64,000 bases of DNA. Source: Anaerolineales bacterium (GTDB taxonomy: Bacteria; Chloroflexota; Anaerolineae; UBA1429). The notes under the pieces are model-generated. The model saw nothing but the letters and a program-made list of their open reading frames with translations. It was not told the DNA's origin and made no database searches. Location of the stretch: positions 916-64,915 of the forward strand of contig JBKHJO010000005.1 in assembly GCA_046538105.1 (NCBI GenBank), written 5' to 3'. This document shows, piece by piece, positions 56,468-64,000 of the stretch (position 1 is the stretch's first letter; the number at the start of each line of letters is the position of its first letter). A program made the translations under genes and the position numbers.

Positions 56468-57856
56468 TCAGACCGCGCCTGTGTGAGAGACCTCATACTT
56501 GCCCTGAACCCCCTTCACAGGCGCTCCCTTGAGAGCGTATAGGGAGCCAAACATCGCCGCCAGCCGCTGGGCTTCCTCGGGATGCTCGTCGATTAAATTG
56601 GTCGTTTCCTGCGGATCCTTCTGGAGATTATACAGTTCATCCGGTTGCCCCTCGGGACGGCGAATATAGCTCCAGACCTTGTCCCGAATGCAGCGGTCCG
56701 GCGCCTCAAAGTAGCCACTGATGATGGCCTTCCGTATCTCGTCGACCTCACCACGAATAAGAGGCATGAGGCTTTTTCCTGGCAAAGCATCCAGGTTATT
56801 CCCCATGCCAATGGCATCGAGCAACGTGGGAAGCACATCATGGAAGGAAGAAAGGGCATCAAGATGTTGCCCGCCATACTGCCCCCTGGGGAATTTGACT
56901 ATAAAGGGTACCTTGAGCAGTTCACTGTACATGCGATCACCCCCCTTGAGGAATTTGCCATGATCGGCCAGGGGATGTCCATGATCGGCGATAAAGATGA
57001 TCAGCGAATCGTCATACATCTCCGCGGATTTCAAGGTCTCTAGAAACTGCCCCACATAGTGATCGACATAGGCACACTCGCCTGCATACAGTCCACGGAT
57101 ATAATCGATCTCTTCCTGACCAAAGTGCGTGGATGCCTGGCCCCCCGGGGGAAGCACACATTTCTTCCCCGAATAATCCGGATCCGTGTACTTGTTAAAT
57201 GTGGCTGGCGGTGTCCAGGGCTCATGAGGATCAAAGGAATCCACCCATAGGAAAAAGGGTCGCTGAGAGATATTGGCCTCGACCCATTCGCCCGCCCGCT
57301 TCATGAGACGCGCACAATAGTGATCCTCGGCCGTTTCAAATTCCTCCACGTTCTTGAGCGCCGTCTTCACGATTCGACGCCATTCGGGAGTATAGGTATC
57401 TTTGCAATAATCATCGAGATTCAGCCGTTTGAGCGGGGCAGACCGATAAGCGTCATACTCCTGTCCTCTGATCCAGTCCCAGACTCTAAACCCACGATGA
57501 AAGTTCATTCCCGGCTTGAAATAATGGTAGCAGTCGGTGAAACAGGCACTCAGGTATCCTTCGTCCGACAGCAACTCGGCCAAAGAGCGATCTTCGGATG
57601 TCAAAGGCTGCCAGGGGCGGTGCACCAATGTGCGTTCCCCCGTCAGCCAACATGTCCTCACCGGGATGGTGGGCAATCCCTCAGGATAGCAATTATCAAA
57701 AACTACACTTTCGCGCGCCAGCGCGTCCAAACATGGTGTCTCACAGGGTGAATCGGAATTGTAAAAGCGCACGTGATCCTGTCGAAAAGAGTCCGCGATG
57801 ATAAAAACAACGTCCGTCGCCTGTCTATCAACCACGATACCCCCTCTCCTTTCCAC
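56468..57856 (-). CDS. Sulfatase-fold (alkaline-phosphatase superfamily) hydrolase with Thr at the nucleophile position
   Basis: VVFIIADSFRQDH...GLPTIPVRTCWLTGE aligns to the C-x-P-x-R signature but reads T-I-P-V-R. Later IIFIADHGHPLADHG. Confidence 0.75.
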   Translation of the reverse strand: MERRGGIVVDRQATDVVFIIADSFRQDHVRFYNSDSPCETPCLDALARESVVFDNCYPEGLPTIPVRTCWLTGERTLVHRPWQPLTSEDRSLAELLSDEGYLSACFTDCYHYFKPGMNFHRGFRVWDWIRGQEYDAYRSAPLKRLNLDDYCKDTYTPEWRRIVKTALKNVEEFETAEDHYCARLMKRAGEWVEANISQRPFFLWVDSFDPHEPWTPPATFNKYTDPDYSGKKCVLPPGGQASTHFGQEEIDYIRGLYAGECAYVDHYVGQFLETLKSAEMYDDSLIIFIADHGHPLADHGKFLKGGDRMYSELLKVPFIVKFPRGQYGGQHLDALSSFHDVLPTLLDAIGMGNNLDALPGKSLMPLIRGEVDEIRKAIISGYFEAPDRCIRDKVWSYIRRPEGQPDELYNLQKDPQETTNLIDEHPEEAQRLAAMFGSLYALKGAPVKGVQGKYEVSHTGAV

Positions 57857-57911
57857 GTCATCTCCGACATCTATTATACGCTACGAAACGGGCCCGCTCA
57901 ACTCAACCATC

Positions 57912-58169
57912 TCAAGAACGGTGACGCCCAAGTCCCGTTATGACGAGTAAAATCACCGCACCAAGAACTGCCACGATGAAACTGCGCATGTTAAATCCAA
58001 ACCGTAATCCCTCGCCCGTTATGATCTGCATCAAGAATCCGCCGATGAACGCGCCGACGATGCCCACCACGATATCGAACAGACATCCCTGACGCCTTTC
58101 CGTGCCCGTGATGATACTTGCCATCCATCCTGCAAGCGCCCCAAAGATAATCCAAGCAAGCAGGCCCAT
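57912..58169 (-). CDS. GlsB/YeaQ/YmgE family stress-response membrane protein
   Basis: MGLLAWIIFGALAGWMASIITG...GIVGAFIGGFL. Confidence 0.85.
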   Translation of the reverse strand: MGLLAWIIFGALAGWMASIITGTERRQGCLFDIVVGIVGAFIGGFLMQIITGEGLRFGFNMRSFIVAVLGAVILLVITGLGRHRS

Positions 58170-58254
58170 AAAATCCCCCTCTCATAGGCCCCAATAATCC
58201 TTCAGTTTCACTCCTTACTCATCATGCGACGCCTGTTCGTCCTGTCCGCTTTGG

Positions 58255-58617
58255 TCACTCTCGACTATGGAAGAGGTCCTCCAAAAAATCGTCGATTTCT
58301 TTCTCCACCGTCCGTCCCAGCGTCTTCCAGTCGCTATCCGGCTCCCTCCCAACGATATCGGCAACACTCTGTCTGACAGAGTGTTCCACATGCGCGCCAA
58401 TCTTTTCCCAGTTGGCCCCCTCTTCCATATTCAGCGTCCTGGCGATCTTTTTACGTGCGGCATCATCGCTCTGGCGCCCGATCTCTTCCCAATCCGCCTC
58501 TTCATCGGCCTCCACGATGCGTGCGGCATCGTGGCGAACCTGCTCCTTGATCTGCTGAAAGATACTGTCCCACCCCCGCACTTTCTCCGCGCTTTCCTGT
58601 CCTCGCTCATTCATCAT
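58255..58617 (-). CDS. Hypothetical acidic protein made of four ~28-aa W-x-x-(I/L)-(G/F) repeats
   Basis: GWDSIFQQIKEQVRHDAARIVE / ADWEEIGRQSDDAARKKIARTL / ANWEKIGAHVEHSVRQSVADIVG / SDWKTLGRTVEKEIDDFLEDLF. Confidence 0.5.
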   Translation of the reverse strand: MMNERGQESAEKVRGWDSIFQQIKEQVRHDAARIVEADEEADWEEIGRQSDDAARKKIARTLNMEEGANWEKIGAHVEHSVRQSVADIVGREPDSDWKTLGRTVEKEIDDFLEDLFHSRE

Positions 58618-58876
58618 CTCTTGCCCTCCATCAACAAGAATCCATCTCTATTGTACTGCATGTTTGTCAAAGAGACAATCAGATCGACAAAACCCAGTCT
58701 GTTGGACGCGTTCACCCAACTGTGTTATGATGATTGGCAGGTAAAAAGGGGCGATCTGGTGCCCACAGGTCGAGTCGTTGCCCATCTTCAACCTTGATCT
58801 GTTAGAGCATTTCTTTGTTCCGGCAACTTGTCCCTCAATTGCCCCATTCAGTCATCATATATGACAGGAGATCCAG

Positions 58877-60793
58877 ATGGATAGCCAAAAGAGCACACTG
58901 AAAGAGACGCGAATAGAGATCATCTACTGTGTCGAATGCAATCTGGGGTCGGAGGCCAGACGTTTGGCAACGGCGATAAAGAATCGCTTCGGCCTCGAAG
59001 CGAAACTGGAGGAAGGCCACGACGGCATCTTTGAGATAAGGATAGACAACCATGTCATGTATAACAATCTAGCCCAGGGAGGACAATTACCAACCGACGA
59101 GGAGATTCTTCAGGAAATTCAACGACGTATGGAGCCACCCTCCAGCATAAAAAGGCAAAGCCTGAAAGTCATGAACCCCATGGGTTACCCCCCGGCGGTG
59201 ACTCAAATCGAGATGGCACCCCGGATCGACACCCTGGAGGGCAAGACTGTGTATCTGGTCGATTGCCGCTTCGATGATGGCGATCTGCTCATGGCCCAGA
59301 TGCAGGCATGGTTTGAGAAACATATGCCCTCTGTGAAAACGGTGCTGCGCAGCAAATCCGGTGTCTATACCGAGGATGATCCAGAACTCTTTGAGGAGAT
59401 CGCCGAAAAAGGTGACGCCCTGGTCTTGGGGGTGGGCCATTGAAGCACATGTGCTCCGGCGGTCGCCGAGCATTCCATCAACATCGAAGACGAATATGGG
59501 ATACCGACGGTATCGATACACACGGACGCCTTTGAGCAGGCGGTCAAGGCTGTGGCCCGTACACACGGTATGCCCCAACAGCGACTTGTCTTTGTCCCCA
59601 TGCCCGTCATGGGCAAGTCGCCGGCAGAGTTAAGGGAGTACATTGAAGGAAACGATCCCGTCACGGGTCAGCCTGTTATGCCCGAGATCGTCGATGCCCT
59701 CACACGCCCCCTGAGTGAGGAGGAGAAAAAAGCCTTTCGATTTGACCGCTCCACTCCCCGCTTTGTGGACCCCGATACCGAGGCAAATCTGCGACGTCTG
59801 TTCGTCGAAAAGGGTTGGACGGACCATTTGCCCATCATCCTCCCTACGGAGGAACGCGTCGACGCCATGCTATCCGGCACAAGCCGTGACCCCCAAGAAA
59901 TAGTGGGCCAGATGCGCCCCACCTCTACGCGCGAGGCGTGGGAATACACCGTCGAAAAAGTGGCGGTGAATGCTGTAATGGCCGGGGCGAGACCAGACTA
60001 TTTCCCCGTCATACTGGCCTTGGCGGCTACCGAGGTTTCTGCCCGTCCCAGCACTACGAGTTCAGCAGCCTGTATGACGGTCGTGAACGGACCAATACGC
60101 CACGAGATCGACATGAACTGTGGCATCGGGGCCATGGGGCCCTACAATCACGCCAATGCAACTATAGGACGAGCCTACGGGTTGCTTTCGCAGAACCTAC
60201 AGGGCGGCTCGGAACCTGGCCTCACCTACCTGGGATCGCAGGGCAATAACTATGCCTATAATAGTGTCACTTTTTGCGAGAATGAGGAACATAGCCCCTG
60301 GACGCCGTTCCACGTCGAACAGGGCTTTGAGACCGAAGAAAGTACGGTCAGCGTCTTCAGCGGCGTGCGCTCCACCGCCTACAATCTTGGCGTGCGGGAG
60401 AAGCACTGGCGCGAACACGTGCGCAACATGCTGCGCGGGATGAATCCTTATCTGCCTCCCACCCTTGTCCTGGACCCCATCACCGCACGGCAATTCATCG
60501 ACCGTGGAGGATTTGACACAAAGGAAAAACTCATCCAGTGGATCCACGACAACGCCAGGATGCCCGCAGGCGTTTATTGGGATCATCAACTGATCCAGAA
60601 TTACGTGTATCCTCGCGCCCTGAATGGGGTGGAGCCCTATGCCACCATGCTTGAGGCTGCCGACGATGAATTGATCTCCGTCTTTCCCAAAGACATGATC
60701 CACATCGTCGTTGTAGGCGGGGAAACAAACGGGTATTGGCGCATTATGGGCTGCAACTATGCAGGAAGTATCTCCATCGACGTGTGGAGGTAG
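58877..60793 (+). CDS. Candidate selenoprotein (638 codons, TGA=Sec at codon 189): Rdx/SelW-like CxxC domain + UGSC-like UxxC domain + unassigned C-terminal domain
   Basis: ORFs 58877..59443 and 59552..60793 share one frame. They are separated only by the TGA at 59441 and 36 open codons. A SECIS-like hairpin follows the TGA. AGGAG lies upstream of the ATG at 58877. IEIIYCVECNLGSEARRLATAIKNRFGLEAKLEEGHDGIFEIRIDN is Rdx-like. LEGKTVYLVDCRFDDGD...ALVLGVGH-U-STC...GIPTVSIHTDAF is UGSC/GrdB-like. Confidence 0.7.
59452..59472 (+). promoter_or_regulatory. SECIS-like stem-loop (UGCUC-C-GGC-[GGUC]-GCC-GAGCA) 8 nt downstream of the in-frame UGA
   Basis: Base pairing read directly: 5 bp, a bulged C, then 3 bp and a GGUC loop at +21..+24 from the U of UGA. 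Confidence 0.6.
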
Positions 60794-61010
60794 TACCCAA
60801 AAGAAGGAACGCGTGAGTGCCAGCCACCCCCTACCTGGCCGGAAAACAACATAACCTTTGGGCTGGGAATGGGTTACAACTATTGCAAAAAGGCCCTCGA
60901 ATCCCACGGTTAGAAGTAGCCTGTAGGATATGATCACGGGATCATCCAGAAGCGTGCCCTTTCATGCAGTGTGTCATCACCAAAAAGATCACAGATAGAG
61001 AGGATACTTG

Positions 61011-62804
61011 ATGGGTAAGGAACCACACGTTTTCAAATTCCTGAGAGACAAGGTCATCATACACTCTAGGGGCAGAATGTGTGAGACCCCCGACGAACTT
61101 TTGACAAGCGCGCCCTTTAGGGAATTCCTCAGAACCGTCCTGCAGCGCCTGGCAAAAAGGAACTCGCGATTCATGGGAATATTTGGCCCCCAGCCTGAGC
61201 CTCCCCCGAAAATAGACGAGGAGTGCATTACGTTGCTGATCCAAACGCTTCAAAATCTGGCCAAACTGGACCGAGACGTAATTCCCAATATCCTGCCCGA
61301 TGCAAGAGTGTTTTTCCGAGATCCAGACCTGTTGAACGACTTTGTGGAATACCTCTATAACGCCTGGCGGGACTATGACCGCTTTATCATCATATCCGGT
61401 CTTCAGGGAGATCAACTGGACGAAAGGCCCTATAGAACATTTAACGAAACCGTGGAACAGCTCACACACCTGGTGCGAGGGACGTATCGTGACATTCAGG
61501 AAAACCTCACTCGACAACATCCTCAGGTCTATCGCCAGGCGCGTGCAGGTGCAGATATTGCCACCATCGTCTCGCAGAGTACCCGTGCCACATCTTGGAT
61601 AGAGGGAACCCCATATAACAAGTTAAAACAAATACCCATCGTTCGACAGGTGTTACTATACCCCCCGCTGGTGCTCGATCCACCAATGAACCGGCGCACG
61701 GGCCGGTTCAGGTGCGTCGATGAAAATCCCCTCCTCCTCGTCGATCCCGCAAGTGACGAGTGGATCTGCTATCCCGCCAAGGTGGGCAGGTTACTGATCC
61801 TGGTCTATATCCATGAAAAGTTTCTCGAACTGGGACTTTCTCTGTGCAACCTGTTCAAGGTCGCCGATGACGAGGATCTGGAAAGACAGCCGGACGCCAT
61901 CTACATGTTCGGTGTGCCCGGCGACGCCCTGGATCATTTTGGAACGCTGCCCACGATCTTCTATGACGATTCCGATAACGGGATGTTGGTCGGCGCTGTC
62001 CCCAACGCCGACCGATTCGGCTATTTTGGCTATCTGAAAAAGATGGTGTTGACGCTGCACAATATCAAGATGATGAAAAGGGACAGATTGCCGTTCCATG
62101 GAGCCCTGGTCAAGATCAGACTGAATAATCAGAACCACACTATCCTCCTCATCGGCGACAGTGGCGCCGGCAAGTCAGAAACTTTGGAGGCGTTCCGTAT
62201 TCTGAGCGAGAATGAGCTCCAGGATATGATTATCATCGCCGATGATATGGGGGCCATCGATATAACCGACGGCGACGCCTTGGGCTATGGCACAGAGATC
62301 GGTGCCTTTATCCGGCTGGACGATCTGCAACCCGGCTACGAGTTCGGCCAGATGGGGCGAGCCATATTTATGAGTCCCTCCAAGACAAATGCCCGCCTGC
62401 TCTTGCCCGTAACTACCTATCCCGACGTCGTACAAGGAAATAGAATCGACCTGATCCTCTATGCCAACAACTATGAAAGCGTGGACAAGAAACACCCCAT
62501 TATAGAGCGATTCGAAACTCCTACAAAAGCCCTCAAGGTATTCAAAGAGGGCAAAGTGATGAGCAAGGGCACCACCACAGCAGAAGGTATCGTACAATCC
62601 TATTTTGCTAACGTCTTTGGCCCTCCACAATATAGGGAATTGCATGATCGGATCGCCCGACGCTATTTTGATCACTTTTTTGCCCATAGCGTATTTGTAG
62701 GACAGATCAGGACGCGCCTGGGAATTCCAGGCTGGGAAACCAAAGGACCGGAAGAGGCAGCAAAGGCCCTGATCAGGTTGATGTTGACCGGCTACCGCTC
62801 CTGA
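61011..62804 (+). CDS. Large protein with a C-terminal HPr-kinase/PEPCK-like P-loop domain; N-terminal ~370 aa unassigned
   Basis: ATG 7 nt after GAGAGGA. LPFHGALVKIRLNNQNHTILLIGDSGAGKSETLEAFRIL...IIIADDMGAID parallels the HprK motif HG-x-L-...-G-x-SG-x-GKSE...DD. Confidence 0.65.
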   Translation: MGKEPHVFKFLRDKVIIHSRGRMCETPDELLTSAPFREFLRTVLQRLAKRNSRFMGIFGPQPEPPPKIDEECITLLIQTLQNLAKLDRDVIPNILPDARVFFRDPDLLNDFVEYLYNAWRDYDRFIIISGLQGDQLDERPYRTFNETVEQLTHLVRGTYRDIQENLTRQHPQVYRQARAGADIATIVSQSTRATSWIEGTPYNKLKQIPIVRQVLLYPPLVLDPPMNRRTGRFRCVDENPLLLVDPASDEWICYPAKVGRLLILVYIHEKFLELGLSLCNLFKVADDEDLERQPDAIYMFGVPGDALDHFGTLPTIFYDDSDNGMLVGAVPNADRFGYFGYLKKMVLTLHNIKMMKRDRLPFHGALVKIRLNNQNHTILLIGDSGAGKSETLEAFRILSENELQDMIIIADDMGAIDITDGDALGYGTEIGAFIRLDDLQPGYEFGQMGRAIFMSPSKTNARLLLPVTTYPDVVQGNRIDLILYANNYESVDKKHPIIERFETPTKALKVFKEGKVMSKGTTTAEGIVQSYFANVFGPPQYRELHDRIARRYFDHFFAHSVFVGQIRTRLGIPGWETKGPEEAAKALIRLMLTGYRS

Positions 62805-62831
62805 TCACAACAACCTTCAGACGCACATCTG

Positions 62832-64000
62832 ATGGAGATGATGATTGTGAAAATGTATACTGAACCGGCACAGGAAATACCCATCAGTCGGGACATTGAT
62901 GCACTTGTCATCGGCGGCGGCCCCGCAGGATTGGCGGCCGCCATTGCCAGTGCCCGCCACGGCGCCCAGACGGTGCTCGTCGAACGCTTTGGCTATCTCG
63001 GTGGCACGGCCACAGCCTCCCTCATGGCTTGTATCAACGGGTTCCGCAACCAGGTGGAACCCGATACCATCCAGACGGTGCGCGGCATCGCCGAGGAGAT
63101 CGTGCTCCGACTCAAGGAACTGGACGGCCTGGGCCAGAGCCCGTATCCACAAAAGTCCTACCCCACCGAACCGGGCCAGATGGAATACAGCTACGCTATC
63201 GACACGGAAAAGTTTAAATATGTCTCGCTAAAGATGTGTGTCGACGCGGGCGTGGATATCATGTTCCACACCTGGTTCTGCGACGGTATCCTGGAGGACG
63301 AAACGCTACAAGGGGTCATCGTGGAAAACAAGTCGGGACGCCAGGCCATGATGGCCCGCACCATAGTGGATGCCACCGGCGACGGCGATGTGGCCGCGCG
63401 CGCGGGCGTTCCTTTTTGGCAGACAGTCCAAGACGAAGCACCAAGGCTCAATGACTCCCTTATGTATCGCATCCAGTTTGGAAAGGAACGCCCTGACCCT
63501 CCCTATGCCTGTGACTTTGGCACTAACGCCGTCGTTTGGGGACCGGGCGTGGGGCCCCTCAACGGCGTGGATGCCGATGACCTCTCTCAGGGCGAGATCG
63601 AGGCCCGGTTGCGCGTCTACGAGGACTGGGCTGCCAAACAAAAGGAGGAACCCCGTCTGGCGGACGCCGAGGTCGTCGCCACGCCGCCGCTCTTGGGTAT
63701 CCGTCAGACACGTTTCATCGAGGGCGAATACAAACTTACTGCCGAGGACGCCATAGAGGGACGTCGCTTTGACGACGTGGTAGCCATCAGTTCCTGTCCC
63801 ATCATCTCCTATTACGGCTACCGTCGCTACTTGGAACATGAGGGGTATGATATCCCCTATCGCTGCCTGGTCCCCAGGCGAGTAGAAAACCTCCTCGTCG
63901 CCGGGCGCTGCATCTCCAGTGAACAGCGACCCTACGAATCACACCGCGCCATGGTACCCATCATGGCCATTGGTCAGGCGGCCGGTCTCGCCGCAGCCCT
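62832..64000 (+). CDS. FAD-dependent oxidoreductase (FAD_oxidored / GidA-like fold), 3' end beyond the window
   Basis: Absent from the ORF track because it runs off the edge. DIDALVIGGGPAGLAAAIASARHGAQTVLVERFGYLGGTAT...IVDATGDGDVAARAG. Possible starts at 62832, 62841, 62847 or 62853. Confidence 0.8.
   Translation, partial: MEMMIVKMYTEPAQEIPISRDIDALVIGGGPAGLAAAIASARHGAQTVLVERFGYLGGTATASLMACINGFRNQVEPDTIQTVRGIAEEIVLRLKELDGLGQSPYPQKSYPTEPGQMEYSYAIDTEKFKYVSLKMCVDAGVDIMFHTWFCDGILEDETLQGVIVENKSGRQAMMARTIVDATGDGDVAARAGVPFWQTVQDEAPRLNDSLMYRIQFGKERPDPPYACDFGTNAVVWGPGVGPLNGVDADDLSQGEIEARLRVYEDWAAKQKEEPRLADAEVVATPPLLGIRQTRFIEGEYKLTAEDAIEGRRFDDVVAISSCPIISYYGYRRYLEHEGYDIPYRCLVPRRVENLLVAGRCISSEQRPYESHRAMVPIMAIGQAAGLAAA

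Noticed and set aside
59552-60793. Treating 59552..60793 as an independent gene with a GTG start
   Set aside because: It shares a frame with the upstream ORF, has no RBS, and has 36 open codons upstream that continue a conserved-looking domain. A SECIS-like hairpin follows the intervening TGA. A split pseudogene remains the alternative.
1-64000. CRISPR arrays, rRNA and tRNA genes, transposases, toxin-antitoxin or known defence-system genes
   Set aside because: I found no regularly spaced repeats, no tRNA-like T-arm motifs in intergenic regions other than ssrA, and no nuclease, transposase or defence signatures in the translated ORFs. The scan was by eye only, so short elements could have been missed.

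Overview
Densely coding bacterial chromosomal window with about 58 protein genes and one tmRNA. I recognised no rRNA, tRNA or CRISPR array by eye. The gene content suggests a thermophilic Chloroflexota-like organism, but that is inference only. It rests on VEKE-type lipoprotein linkers, many sulfatase/glycosidase/ThuA/Gfo-type sugar genes, four-subunit pyruvate:ferredoxin oxidoreductase, NfnAB, an AOR-family oxidoreductase and bacillithiol genes. Blocks in order: sugar ABC importer (1.1-4.6 kb); sulfatase, amidohydrolase, glucokinase, glycosidase-like gene and mobB (5.5-11.4 kb); GT4 phosphotransferase, porGDAB and apt (11.6-16.6 kb); sulfatase plus a cNMP-binding membrane protein (16.7-19.9 kb); LuxR-Kelch/OsmC/LpdA/DUF503 operon, nfnAB and thuA (20.2-27.6 kb); a five-gene translationally coupled bacillithiol operon (27.7-32.5 kb); GH4, a 1049-aa glycosidase-like protein, FAH, AOR and a GT-A-like gene (32.8-41.7 kb); ssrA (tmRNA), mtnP, smpB, ctp and a MacAB-type efflux system (42.0-49.9 kb); a lone tyrosine recombinase flanked by AT-rich non-coding DNA (49.9-51.7 kb); a PdtaS/PdtaR-like ANTAR two-component system, Gfo/TIM-barrel sugar genes and a Thr-variant sulfatase-fold gene (52.1-58.6 kb). 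The most interesting locus is 58.9-64.0 kb. There the ORF track splits one 638-codon frame at a single in-frame TGA (59441). That TGA is followed, at the canonical distance, by a SECIS-like hairpin with a GGUC loop. Read as selenocysteine, the frame gives a three-part fusion: a SelW/Rdx-like CxxC domain, a UGSC-like UxxC domain and an unassigned ~420-aa domain. An HPr-kinase-like P-loop fusion protein and an FAD-dependent oxidoreductase follow it. All family assignments come from reading motifs in the translations, not from database searches. Coordinates of non-coding features may be off by a base or two.
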